From an uncultured Thermoplasmatales archaeon (GTDB taxonomy: Archaea; Thermoplasmatota; E2; DHVEG-1), in the NCBI GenBank assembly GCA_964601295.1, contig CAZRMY010000001.1, positions 1 through 50,748 on the forward strand: a stretch of 50,748 nt of DNA. The letters run 5' to 3'. The notes under the pieces were generated by a model that was given only the letters and a program-made list of their open reading frames with translations, made no database searches and was not told the DNA's origin. This document shows positions 20,701-26,000 of this stretch, in pieces. The position numbers and the translations under genes were made by a program. Numbering within the stretch: position 1 is the first letter of the stretch; the number at the start of each line of letters is the position of its first letter.

Positions 20701-21046
20701 CATCCCCCCAGGGGCCATATGTAACATTATCATACACAGGGAAAAAGATAGTTTCATCAGTATTATTATTTGTTACATACAAGCAATACGGTGGTTCTGC
20801 GGGTCCAAACAGGTTATCTAGTGAAACATTCACAAACACGATGTCATCGATATCAAAGCCCGATGATTGTACCATACCGCCCTGATCTTCAAAAAACGTT
20901 ATCATGTAATCACCAGACGGCCCCTCTGCATGGATCCGTGGTAACATGGTCACAAAAGATGCTATCATCAGTAATCCTACAATATAACAGCTTAAAATTT
21001 TCCTATATATCTCTCTCTTTTTACTAAATGTTTTTTGCATTTGCAT
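5720..21046 (-). CDS. Giant (~5,100 aa) multi-domain cell-surface protein (adhesin/S-layer-associated-like), membrane anchored at the C-terminus
   Basis: Uninterrupted ORF. Signal-like N-terminus: KKREIYRKILSCYIVGLLMIASFVTMLPRIHAEG. Three FN3-like modules (nt ~19565..20470). Four carboxypeptidase-regulatory-like beta-sandwiches. One canonical EF-hand loop, DSDLNGQIDADE (18167..18202). About 18 tandem ~123-aa repeats. FlgD-Ig-like block (DPFSPNSDGTKD). Three ~96-aa Ig-like repeats. FN3 units (TWTTDESSTSTIEYGTT..YHYQV). Two CHB_HEX_C-like units (YYTTDGSDPT / YYTKDGSDPT). PKD domain (YSWDFGDASSSTEQNPTHSY). PGF-pre-PGF-like block (LMRYHNGEWIELET..YYQAISPGTSSFAIIG). Then a TM helix and a KKPPKK tail. 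The track start (21094) is GTG; I prefer ATG 21046 or 21040, with GGTGG just upstream. Confidence 0.85.
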   Translation of the reverse strand: MQMQKTFSKKREIYRKILSCYIVGLLMIASFVTMLPRIHAEGPSGDYMITFFEDQGGMVQSSGFDIDDIVFVNVSLDNLFGPAEPPYCLYVTNNNTDETIFFPVYDNVTYGPWGDENQPDDGCFWGFFNLTDSEDSHNAGENQDALLNVSVGNTIYIFEDNGGDAPNPLWDNDADIAAAEITIEGQDDHEHNYEPDVTSADPSNTSTDVSQSLSSLSVLIEDPEGDHFDWYITTSPDIGSDFGSDETNGTKSCTVGPLAYDTTYYWYVNCSDYGSGNWTNETFWFTTETDSTGGSSNNSPEFTNPYPNNQTTGVPIDISHLYVSINDSEGDLLNWSIETSPNIGSNITSNDENGTKYCDITGSLAYDTTYYWYVNCSDYGSGNWTNETFWFATTSAGGNNPPNRPNGETPPDGSVDRPTDTAISWSCDDPDGDDVTFDIYFGSSNPPGQIAQNHTSTSYTLMPLDSDTTYYWRIVAWDTHDESNSSEIWSFTTETDGGGQQGDESGNSSVSGYVKWEDNGERINGAEIEIINNATGYMNNTISDGEGYYNFTDLPTGDYDLMASKEMVFPSVWNSISISEDYTHVENLNFSIASGGDDPGGDGIEGEVNITVTGSVYMERSDLAIPYATVSAAYPRDNPTTILNSTETAQNGQFELHFSINQSVSEAADGELCFVCSAEGYVTNYERQEGIRNLITMMEYEGIVDIERLELEKIWDITAHVNGTIRDIDTNEPISNVTVAIEGPNYFENQTETDENGNFSVGCIAGDADDFEVFFAKDGYFTNATEIETAISNQDIDLGTLYMETKPPSNAFIEGFIKSESTPLEDVQLILYDPLHPYESEKDFFDMPSTDETGYYNTSTYAGTFYLITLAKIIGETREGPPLGIGGYINNVIEVTVAANETLEHNISLTATDPDDIHVNLNIVNTNLSYAQLSRTITGNPQIIRIMTDSDLNGQIDADEADTLKSSINASFTQSGYFEENMLLARIPFSYYQIDDTYIQPQFTTVEISGIIGDTTSTDPITIYANMSMTPNEEIDTNDTIHSIQIEGYYGNPAFNMNYTVRIPQTYSFKNRRQWMLTTTELNQTTVRSIPNNDPNWNDTSFTEPIIFAVGTSEPLAEFNEGYFYENPYDSDADGDYDYFITKVKVNVSQSGSYKVEAKLCSSNGVMITNTDTQKTLSSGSRTIELSFDAERIYRKKIDGPYTIVYDVSYLRNSSYVWFDSAQKVTESYEYSDFTKPDIFFTGTILDSGLDENNDGLYEYLQIGLQVDVGTLGYYEFEGDIGTCDFSYDGDPYIGGVRKGVTFVDYDEQYVNLSFDGGAIYAKGCNASIWVNIRVRSQTGSELDEIQTMTNKYNYNDFSPPPPENCTITGYITDAHGNPLDADIWLWDEITMSENTTSVNESTGEYSINAKAGVYELQINPSDNNYDGHWELVYLDVNETFNRNITLLPRWSQCAYLERDIDNWQYAAGEDINIEITSAGLPNSNCTLEIFKEYVSDGDHLGEEYYATLTNTTDSYGQHEFVINTIGFSTGEYMFRMWVENESYSTPVARDDIWDIQISSLSLEFDIDKNNYRPGSTGNGTYTLSYISNSTEVANADYSWKIVTWDWMGEHTLSSGSFTDTTDGHGWFSFTIPSTADDGDWYDIKLTATAPSGDQVFTSKGIGITEGSIIESVEDFPLGTPGDYDFLVYNVTVNVTSAGTYRVEAGLEDSNNNWITFNDTQSSLGAGSHMVQIYFDGEQIKASQAQEGNWHSWIGLFYSTSWNSLDDLDYTTTRTYNKNNFSTPAVCFEDVFSHHTLDGPNGYVGLVANATINASVCGDYRVDANLYKEVLQSGGWYDWQGISWNNSGTITISEGGENEPNTSILVPIRLEGSDIYNSGYNGPYNINFNLHREYGTDTWITNYDPDTDLNYDYDQFARPGAVIVNISDHGPVDGDLEIGVNINVSDGYEGTYEIKGDIHSSDWYWITWDSNETYLNSGITEVNITLSGESIYSAGYNGPYNLYVSLHNNNDWISNEYTTDAHSYTDFSTPGAIFEGSHSDQGYDEDNNGYYDYLQVTVPVDISEVGSTYEVSGELYKETSTSWNWITWESEEFTPATTGLYNVTICFSASQIGNSGQEGYYGVNLWLRQLGGSELDYLDFTTDNSYSLGDFEQPSVRFIENNSYPSDSNDSQYLYTTLRINSSETGSYHVHGSLHKVINQGGWDNWIWIADTEEEITFSSAGEQDVTLSFDISGIQTAGYNGPYTISFEIMDSNWNMLDNLDNYETDFYDFTGLGDIRPIYFTDDHDDYQRASDGNVVVNVTLQVNETGTYSIGGDLHKESSNDWNFIAGQWENMQLIQDSDPQEIQLYFDSIEILSGIQSLSQSMQSTFATGTRFDIDVWVRRAGEWSDLDHFNNESINTYNTSDFSSGGVTIESVSDEGYNNTGGPDYEYLNITANITFSDPGNYEIWCDLSKESNNNWYWIGWTNEYKTVSSSDSEEQIILQFNGEQISSSECDGPYNIHLEVENLDEGRRVAKYDGTTSSGYQSSDFIGSTIEFNESEISDTGVDTDGDGNYNYLSIDVPVNSDESGYVNCELTADLRKQSNYNEEWISWTNNWTSIPSGESTINIRFEGEIMRNSGLNGPYSLRLELRNTDTWKLLDSISDYETSAYSYDNFDAAAASINTSGITNWGNDTDNDDKYDYLDVNVSINVGSDGYYRLEGELYSDTSGWQWIDNTETYTYLEATDDLAILHFDGVKIRNKGLNSPYKARIELRQDGRMIDSYEPYQITGYSYDEFQQSGAEIMSVSDYKTGAGDLQVNVTVNCSTSGYYWLGADLHKQTNWNWEWISWQSNNGNDEFDANEERNITIVFSGQTIQNSEIDGPYHIRLELRDVATWTEQDMIEQYTTDEYSYSEFATPDVTLVSVEDWGNDTVEDEDDLYNYLELNVTVDSASDGTYWMHGDLEKRSGYDWHWITWKGQQIELDGTGEQVVKLKFDGERIYDSAFNGPYTVRIQIMNETTWTMIDSIDDYSTSSYNHDEFQRSTVTLVDDDTYPFDQGVGSEASYSGLQLTVAVNSTTGSSNEYWLQCDLHKESPGSWQWIDWQGETITHNGNGVQLYNITFDGAQIRNKGIDGPYDIRIELCSNTGEWRQYDIIEQYQTNDYDASDFASAGIEFVDMIDGAEDEISNGDLKINVTVNSTVSGKYKINGDLHQELGYSWQWISFNTTEITVNPSGVQTFNLLFDGGDIYDKGLDGPYHVRLELRKVGTDSLIDTIDRYTTSSDYDATDFSAPVGHINGTNDTSSNGNLKVNISTYSAISNEYQYSGVLLAGDYTDIAWSQNTTTVNGETEVNLSFDGSLINASGKDPEKIYIEMRRASDMNLIDSGEFDLVNIYSYDEFGASVSIGEVTFGGVYDSPGSHEGYDYLNISANITFNTAGSYSVSAALVDPNGTFITGKKIPATSYTTGERPVNFSFDGLKIYAKKLNGPYTVSYVAVSKTDIGEITRATNVFTTAAAYAYTDFEHNTSAAAGYIMGNYSSSFINSDADDEYEYLAISMTINVTSASSNFDVYGDLYSSSGSTWITSDSNNSNHNTLWTVGEKTVTLYFEGNNIYSSETDGPYMLGYLRIGANISGTWVLLDEASNVHTTASCNYTDFENETVGALTASGVSEISASNDPFSPNSDGTKDTTLITVSADGGQDLYLNIYNATSVLEKTGISLSETSFGSGTYTATWNGKDDNTNILSDGTYRIKVSDEATGNQANESDTTQTIVIDTAAPTGVSFEIENNDQYTNTTSVSLTTISATDNSSKKMQFKNAGGNYTDWEDFQSTRDWTLTSTDGSKTVYYQVKDTAGNIATAVSDGITLDTTKPSSVTLTITGKGDTPATYSNDQSVTLSISAEDATSGVEYMMIANEMTFSGRTWVEYNTSKEWSLTSSNGIKTVYIKVKDRAGKISDVNSDNITLDTTTPTNLDISINSDQPYTNSTNATLTLSASDTYNMKMRFNNSGSNWSSWESYNEEKANWQLSSGSGTKTVNFQVKDLAGNSATAVSDTINLDTTAPSISNVQSSGITQTSATITWTTDESSTSTIEYGTTTDYGTTSTNSTKVTSHTRTLTGLSSGTTYHYQVKSQDRAGNIRTSVDKTFSTSSGADTTPPNAIEGVSATDKANAESTITLSWNQSNAPDFAGYKVYRRGSTFTNVTSSNVQLLTTITTRSTTTYDDTTATDGTTFYYAVTAIDTATPPNENQTVTSQTGISVDDKPPTTTDNILSGWQTSDVTVTFTPTDNGKGVNKTYYTTDGSDPTNNSNVNRTQYAAPFTIGGENELGDDIWTIKFYSYDKNTTPNIENTHTETLRVDTTDPSTSDDGPSGWQTTTPVTVTLNATDDTSGIYKTYYTKDGSDPTQTAEDEYSTAISFTSQGNRTLKYFSKDNATNTESIKTTHILIDTVRPTSEITTLSQYNSIPVNVSWTSSDASSDVASCIIQTKNGSEGTWTTWLTGQNANGYSQFTNGSIGNTYYFRSIATDNAGNVENDYDASGDAYTTIVSAAMNASITAPSNNEYVRQTISITGTASGPAFSKYWVNHSSDNGSTWTHISNSTSPVSSSVLATWNTSLVAETEYILRLYVINSTAINNSYSINVTVDNTAPNITVGPSSDSVDENSAVISWTTNETTNATVEYGTTSSYGNTKTGSYATSHAITLTSLSASTTYHYRVISYDRAGSSVNSTDSTFTTDETQTTNNNGQQGTQDGTFGLTANANGPYEGTVGSSIEFTGSASGGTSPYSYSWDFGDASSSTEQNPTHSYSSADTYTATLTVTDDTDSTATDTAEVTISEATQDNPPTISSIYHTPTKVTKEDTITIYATVTDDTNLLSVNLYYDDGSEHTTTMSISNGNTYTATIGPFTTGKTITYSIDATDSASQTTQSTVYSFKVIGVAMVGNVTTGESKEAASDDAEGTGVDSIEFTANTDLTDVKVTIEKVTDTDNQVPEEADKHVYSYLEIDVIAGNESVNESDIQSLKIKFKVPQSWFTENNIDKETVTLMRYHNGEWIELETTILNEDETYVYYQAISPGTSSFAIIGSEITEISEPEETSWYWIILAIVAAIVIVVVVLFKAGYLYLERKPPKK
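8925..9785 (-). repeat. Three tandem ~96-aa Ig-like repeats in the giant gene
   Basis: Each unit reads DT(A/T)(A/K/T)P..V...I(N/E)..(Q/P)YTN(S/T)T...L.L.A.D...M.F.N.G.NW..WE.....W.L.S..G.KTV..QVKD.AGN....VSD.I.LDT. Three consecutive copies were read from the translation. Confidence 0.7.
10133..16042 (-). repeat. 16 tandem copies of an unclassified ~123-aa protein repeat inside the giant gene (coding repeat, diverged)
   Basis: Unit boundaries read from the translation at recurrent aromatic-x-x-[DE]-F ends: NKNNF, YDYDQF, YTDF, LGDF, FYDF, NTSDF, QSSDF, YSYDNF, YSYDEF, YSYSEF, YNHDEF, YDASDF, YDATDF, YSYDEF, YAYTDF, CNYTDF. 5,910 nt / 16 = ~123 aa per unit. Confidence 0.75.
16973..17692 (-). 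repeat. First two copies of the same ~123-aa repeat, separated from the main array by an inserted block (16043..16972)
   Basis: Units starting SDADGDYDYFITKVKVNV.. and ENNDGLYEYLQIGLQVDV.., ending YEYSDF and YNYNDF. The insert begins SPPPPENCTITGYITDAHGNPL (CarboxypepD_reg-like). Confidence 0.65.
19874..20281 (-). repeat. Tandem duplicated FN3-like module with a ~90-nt near-identical patch (19874..19963 vs 20192..20281, offset 318 nt)
   Basis: By-eye alignment of the two patches shows ~7 mismatches in ~90 nt. Both encode LAYDTTYYWYVNCSDYGSGNWTNETFWF. The rest of the two 106-aa units is much more diverged. Confidence 0.7.
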
Positions 21047-21063
21047 CCACCTTTTTCCCTCAA

Positions 21064-21078
21064 AGCTCAATTTGAGCT
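21064..21078. promoter_or_regulatory. Perfect 15-bp palindrome (7+1+7) AGCTCAATTTGAGCT in the leader/promoter region of the giant gene
   Basis: Checked base by base: agctcaa-t-ttgagct. It lies 18-32 nt upstream of ATG 21046, inside the 367-bp divergent intergenic region shared with the C25 gene at 21414. Confidence 0.35.
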
Positions 21079-21413
21079 GTTGTGTAAAACACACAATGCT
21101 AGTGATTAGCGGAAGGATGAATAAATTATACGATTATATATCTTTCTATATGTTTGAAAAAATGCTTTTTTTATTTTAATAAACATATTTTTATTTTACA
21201 ATGTCTCTCTGTTTTACATATTTAGGTGTTTATGTAGGTGATGATACGCTATTTGTACATGGTCATACTATTGTTTTTTTAGGAGGTGTTATTTTGTCAT
21301 CTGGGCTTTTTTCCAGCTAATCTTTATATATTGCAATTTGAAAACACTATGCACGATAACAAATAACGTGATATTAAATATCACGGAAATGGAAAGTAAA
21401 GGTTGGAAAAGAA

Positions 21414-24400
21414 ATGAAACCACGCCGAAGCTCATGTTCAAATAATACTATCCGTTTTTTTTCCGTAATTTTGATAAGTGCAATGTTTTTAAACATTGGA
21501 TTTAGTGCAATTTCAACCTTAGCACAAACACCTACCTCCACCCAACAATATACCATCTCGTTTTCCGAACCTGTTCTTTCTGAAACAAAAATCGCCAACC
21601 AAGTATTCACCCAGATCACTATCGATGATTGTATAACTCACGGGCAGACTGGCACACCAGCACTCCCTATGAAAACCATCCATGTTCTCATACCATACCA
21701 CACAAAGGTTGAACATGTGGATGCCACGCCGCTTTCCTCAAAATCGTTACCACTCAATGTGATGGATAAACCAATCATGCCACAGCAGGACCTACAACCC
21801 CTTAGTTTTACTATAGAACGACCGAAATTGCAGATGCTATCTGAGGTTTACAATTCAAAACAGCCTGTCAACCCACAATTGATCACCACTCATCATTTAA
21901 CATATTGCCGAGGATTTCCAATTTTAACCCTACAGGTACATCCAGTACAATATACACCGGGCTTAGGAACATTAGAATATTATCCAAAAATACAGATCAC
22001 GGTCCATACTACTCATCAAACTAATTATGCTGCTAACTCACCGTTACTTCGAATGAATCCTGCAGACATGTCGTTAGTAGAAAATCTTGTGATAAACCCT
22101 GAGACGCTCTCCACATATGATACTCAAGATTACCGGTTCTTATCCTCAAATGGGTTATGCAACCCTGCAGAAAATTATAGGTATGTTGTGATCACAGATG
22201 AGACATTGAACAATGCAACTGGTGAGTTATACAACTGGTCAGATTTACTTGTGCATAGAGCACAGCATAATAACCTCTCTACCACACTTGTCACTGTTGA
22301 AGAAATAAACTGTTGTCAATCATACTGGAATGACACCGAGCTGTATAATGACACGGCAGCGCATATTCGTGGATTTATCAGAGATGCATATCTGAACTGG
22401 GGTACAGAATATGTTGTGCTAGGTGGTGATAGTGATGTTGTTGCTGCTCGCATGTTTTATGTAACTGATGCTGATGGATATGCTTACCCGGATATGCCTT
22501 GTGACCTCTATTATAGTAATCTCGATGGTACCTGGCGCGATACTACTAATGATGTATGGGGCGGGGGAAAAAACAGTGATGCCAATGATTATCACGCGGA
22601 AGTATTTGTCGGTCGTATGACAGTAAGCACCGCTGCAGAATTATCCAATTTTATCGAGAAAATCATATGGTATGACACACAAGCATCAGATGAGTTCCTT
22701 AACAAGGCTGTTTTTTTCGGTGGGAATCTTGGCTGGTCTGTCACCTCAGCAGACTACATGGAAGAAATACGAACTGGAGAAGATCCACATTTCTACACAT
22801 GCACGGGATTCACCGAATACAATACTTTGCATTCTGCATATCAGTTCAATGTTTCACAATGCGTGTATTATGATCAGGGAGGAAATATTCCAACTGATTA
22901 TAAAACCATAATAAATAACAATAACGCCTGTCTGATAAACCATTTGAGCCACGGCTCGCCTACGACAGCATTAGATATGCCATTGTATCAACTTGCAAGT
23001 CTTACCAACACCAATTATTTTTTCAGCTATTCCGGACAGTGCCTATCTGGAAGGTTTACATCTGGTGATACCGCTGAGAAAAAAATTACCGCGCAATCCA
23101 ATGGACATGGCGCCTTTGCAGTCATATGGAATACGGGATACGGCTGGGCAGATACCGTTAACACAAATGGTCCTAATCAATATTTACAACGACATTTCTG
23201 GGATTATTTGTTCACACATGATACCACTGATTGGGCGTTGGGTAACGCTCATTATTACGCCAAAGATTGTATAGCCGATTATGCAGATTCAGGTGTTCAT
23301 TTTGCCTGGTGTTACAACTGGTATAGTACGCATTTATTTGGTGATCCCGCACAACTGCTTCGAGTGGCCGCCTCAGATGAAGCTATCGTTATTGACAATG
23401 AACTACCACTTGATGAAACACGTAATCTTTCAAGCGGTATAGTTGATTTATCGGTGAATGTGTCTGATCCCGAAAACGATCTTATGGACATACATTTGTA
23501 TACCAACAACTCAGGAACATGGTCCTTAATTGGGGAGAACCTCTCAGTATCAAACGGAAGGATCACCCAAAGAGTTTTTGTTTCCTCAGATAACCCGGTT
23601 TTCTGGTGGAAAGTAACCGCTTATGATAAACAAGGCTCAAGCGGATGGACCAACGCTACATATCATTTTTCATTATTGTTATACAATGAAACCCCTTCAA
23701 ATCAAGCTACCAATGTTTCAATATCTCTAAGAAATATTACTATCCAGGTGTATACTGATAATACTAGTCGATTCAACTGGACTATATCCACAACACCACA
23801 TATCGGCAATTGCACAGTTATCAATCAAACAGCGTTACATATCTCTTGCCCTCTAGCAAATTTAACCTATGCTACAACCTATAACTGGTCATTAAATATT
23901 TCTCACTACAACCACCGTAGTTGGACTAATCATACCTACTCTTTTACCACCGAGAATGCACCTGTAAATTACCCGCCACTATGCCGTAATAACTCGCCAC
24001 ATAATCAGACAACACTTGTTTCAATCGGCACTACTGCTTTGCAAATCTATATTATTGATGGGGAAAATGATGCTTTCAACTGGTCCATTGAAACATCCCC
24101 TGATATCGGCAGCAGCCACCATAACGATAGTACCAATGGCTTAAAAATCTGTAACATAACGGATTTGGACTATGAGACTACCTATACCTGGTATGTCAAC
24201 ATCACCGATACCACCACAGGTCTACAATCGAATTACTCCTATTGGTTTACCACTGAAGAAGCACCAGCTCCAAAGCCGGATCCACAACCTAAACCACGTC
24301 ACACCTATACTCCCACCATACCATCAAACACCGCTCCGCAAATCCCCCAAATAGTGGATGGTACAGAAACTGGTTACATAGATACATCATACACCATTAT

Positions 24401-25052
24401 TGTGACCACTACTGATTCAGATGAGGACGACGTTCAATACCTGGTTAACTGGGATGATGAATCAAATACTCTTTGGACTGAATTAACGCCCTCTGGCACA
24501 AACACTTCAGTAGCACATACCTGGAATGCTACCGGTGTATACAATGTAACCGTCAAAGCAAAAGATGAACACAGCACCGAAAGCAGCTGGAGTGACCCAT
24601 TCACGGTGACAATAAAAAAATCTCAGGTACCTCAGATTCCTACCGAGTCTCATCAAAAACCATCCGTAGATATTAACCAGACATCAAATGATACATTTTG
24701 CCAGTTTAATGCCTTAAATCTCACAGGCAACATGACAGAAAATGTCACCTATATCTGGGATTTTGGAGACGGAACACTGGGCACGGGCATTCAACCCGAT
24801 CATCAATATGACACCTCGGGTCTTTACCATGTAACATTAAAAACCGTAAACTTAAATGGAGATGTTATCGATGAAGTAACCTTCACTGTTACCATCAATC
24901 CGACATCTTCTCCTGCAACATACGATCCTCTTACAAGTTCATCACCAAAGGAACATGATATATTTACTGCTCCATTGTTCTATGTGTGTATTGTATTGGG
25001 TATCCTTTGTTTTACGTATGGTGGATTATGGATTCGACGTTGGAACACATAA
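21414..25052 (+). CDS. Secreted, C-terminally membrane-anchored gingipain-like (peptidase C25 family) protein with three FN3-like modules, a PKD-like module and a PKD domain
   Basis: Signal-like N-terminus. C25 propeptide-like GQTGTPALPMKTIHVLIP. C25 core: YRYVVITDE..IRGFIRDAY..YVVLGGDSDVV..CDLYYSNLDG..VFVGRM..IEKIIWYD. Candidate catalytic His in INHLSHGSP and Cys in YSGQCLSGRF. FN3-like modules at nt ~23390..24262. PKD-like module at 24327..24620. PKD domain (YIWDFGDGTLGTGIQPDHQYDTSGLYHVTL). TM helix FYVCIVLGILCFTYGGLWI. Confidence 0.8.
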   Translation: MKPRRSSCSNNTIRFFSVILISAMFLNIGFSAISTLAQTPTSTQQYTISFSEPVLSETKIANQVFTQITIDDCITHGQTGTPALPMKTIHVLIPYHTKVEHVDATPLSSKSLPLNVMDKPIMPQQDLQPLSFTIERPKLQMLSEVYNSKQPVNPQLITTHHLTYCRGFPILTLQVHPVQYTPGLGTLEYYPKIQITVHTTHQTNYAANSPLLRMNPADMSLVENLVINPETLSTYDTQDYRFLSSNGLCNPAENYRYVVITDETLNNATGELYNWSDLLVHRAQHNNLSTTLVTVEEINCCQSYWNDTELYNDTAAHIRGFIRDAYLNWGTEYVVLGGDSDVVAARMFYVTDADGYAYPDMPCDLYYSNLDGTWRDTTNDVWGGGKNSDANDYHAEVFVGRMTVSTAAELSNFIEKIIWYDTQASDEFLNKAVFFGGNLGWSVTSADYMEEIRTGEDPHFYTCTGFTEYNTLHSAYQFNVSQCVYYDQGGNIPTDYKTIINNNNACLINHLSHGSPTTALDMPLYQLASLTNTNYFFSYSGQCLSGRFTSGDTAEKKITAQSNGHGAFAVIWNTGYGWADTVNTNGPNQYLQRHFWDYLFTHDTTDWALGNAHYYAKDCIADYADSGVHFAWCYNWYSTHLFGDPAQLLRVAASDEAIVIDNELPLDETRNLSSGIVDLSVNVSDPENDLMDIHLYTNNSGTWSLIGENLSVSNGRITQRVFVSSDNPVFWWKVTAYDKQGSSGWTNATYHFSLLLYNETPSNQATNVSISLRNITIQVYTDNTSRFNWTISTTPHIGNCTVINQTALHISCPLANLTYATTYNWSLNISHYNHRSWTNHTYSFTTENAPVNYPPLCRNNSPHNQTTLVSIGTTALQIYIIDGENDAFNWSIETSPDIGSSHHNDSTNGLKICNITDLDYETTYTWYVNITDTTTGLQSNYSYWFTTEEAPAPKPDPQPKPRHTYTPTIPSNTAPQIPQIVDGTETGYIDTSYTIIVTTTDSDEDDVQYLVNWDDESNTLWTELTPSGTNTSVAHTWNATGVYNVTVKAKDEHSTESSWSDPFTVTIKKSQVPQIPTESHQKPSVDINQTSNDTFCQFNALNLTGNMTENVTYIWDFGDGTLGTGIQPDHQYDTSGLYHVTLKTVNLNGDVIDEVTFTVTINPTSSPATYDPLTSSSPKEHDIFTAPLFYVCIVLGILCFTYGGLWIRRWNT

Positions 25053-25056
25053 ACTG

Positions 25057-25064
25057 AAAAAAAA
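25057..25064 (-). terminator. Oligo-T (T8 on minus strand) terminator after the L7Ae-S28e-L24e operon
   Basis: A8 on the plus strand at 25057..25064, 17 nt downstream of the rpl24e stop. Confidence 0.45.
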
Positions 25065-25080
25065 TTGGGATTACTGGTAA

Positions 25081-25266
25081 TTAACTACTTTTTGAGTATT
25101 TTTTACTCCATCGAACTCGCCGTGGAATACGTTTAAGTTTCAACATATTTTTCTGACATTTGTTTTTACAGAAGTAAAAAACAGCACCATCTTTTTTGAC
25201 ATACAGTTTGCCGGTACCCGGTTCAATTTCGTTGCCACAAAATGAACATGTTCTCCGCTCAACCAT
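25081..25266 (-). CDS. rpl24e: 50S ribosomal protein L24e
   Basis: [40 protein letters not shown]: zinc-ribbon L24e signature, 61 aa. Confidence 0.92.
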   Translation of the reverse strand: MVERRTCSFCGNEIEPGTGKLYVKKDGAVFYFCKNKCQKNMLKLKRIPRRVRWSKKYSKSS

Positions 25267-25294
25267 TATTTCTTACACCTCATGAATTGATTTA

Positions 25295-25504
25295 CTACCG
25301 TGGTCCTCCGAGTCTTTTTGCTTCGCGTTGTGTCTCACTGAGCATGAGGATATCACCAAGGCGAACAGGCCCCATCACGTTACGGGTGATAATTTTGCCT
25401 TTGTCTCGTCCGTCGAGTACGCGGACTTTGACCTGAGATGCTTCACCTGCCATGCCGGTTCGATCGATGATTTCAACTACTTCGCATGGTGTTCCTTCGA
25501 TCAT
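25295..25504 (-). CDS. rps28e: 30S ribosomal protein S28e
   Basis: [52 protein letters not shown]: classic S28e, 69 aa. Confidence 0.92.
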   Translation of the reverse strand: MIEGTPCEVVEIIDRTGMAGEASQVKVRVLDGRDKGKIITRNVMGPVRLGDILMLSETQREAKRLGGPR

Positions 25505-25508
25505 GATT

Positions 25509-25880
25509 CTAACCTTGTTTCTGTACAGCGTTGATTTTTTTGACCATATTTTCGATGCTGTCTTTGTCTTTTCCTACGTTCATAATGGCTATAGCCGTGG
25601 TGGGAACTGTTAGGCCAGCTGCGGCACCAAGTTCCTGTTTACTTGACACATAAGTATAGGGTATCTTTTTTTCTTCGCATAGAAGTGGCATGTGTGCGAG
25701 GATTTCTTCAGGTGTTACGTCTTCGGCCATGACAAGGAGTTTTGCTTGCCCTCGTTCGACTTGTTTGGTGGCTTCGTTGGCACCCTTGCTTATTTTTCCG
25801 GAATCTCGAGCTTTTTCTACGAGTTCATAGGCTAAATCCTGCATTTCTTTTGATGCTTTGAATCGTACATACATTGCCAT
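25509..25880 (-). CDS. rpl7ae: 50S ribosomal protein L7Ae (K-turn binding protein)
   Basis: [79 protein letters not shown]. Lies 4 nt upstream of rps28e. The alternative start at M3 (25874) would suit a leaderless transcript from the TATA-like box at 25896..25906. Confidence 0.92.
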   Translation of the reverse strand: MAMYVRFKASKEMQDLAYELVEKARDSGKISKGANEATKQVERGQAKLLVMAEDVTPEEILAHMPLLCEEKKIPYTYVSSKQELGAAAGLTVPTTAIAIMNVGKDKDSIENMVKKINAVQKQG

Positions 25881-25968
25881 TGTGTCTTTTAGCCTCCTTT
25901 ATAGAGCTTTCATCGACCCAGTATGATAGGTTTGATGGGTAAGACGTACACGTTGGAATAGAGGCCCC

Positions 25969-25983
25969 CTATAAAAAGCTTTT
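25969..25983 (-). promoter_or_regulatory. Candidate BRE/TATA (AAAAGC-TTTTTATAG, minus-strand sense) for the rpl7ae operon
   Basis: Plus strand ctataaaaagctttt. This would give a ~65-nt leader. A second TATA-like box (CTCTATAAAGG, 25896..25906) is an alternative. Confidence 0.3.
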
Positions 25984-26000
25984 TAGGATGCGTGGCTGAG

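Noticed and set aside
5720-21046. Numerous 60-104-aa ORFs on both strands inside the giant gene (for example 6150..6344, 12874..13179, 18498..18812)
   Set aside because: All are embedded in a continuous, motif-rich 15-kb reading frame, and their translations show no motifs. They are frame shadows.
21047-21094. N-terminal extension of the giant ORF to GTG 21094 (MCFTQQLKLSFEGKRW)
   Set aside because: The extension contains the 15-bp palindrome and the GGTGG SD-like motif, and it adds no signal-peptide character. The ATGs at 21046/21040 give a canonical basic-hydrophobic N-terminus.
25881-25968. Possible L7Ae-autoregulatory K-turn in the rpl7ae leader (a GAUGA element occurs in GGGUCGAUGAAAGC)
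   Set aside because: I could not find the partner strand (xGA followed by a complement of the C-stem) needed for tandem sheared G-A pairs. Promoter position and leader length are also ambiguous.
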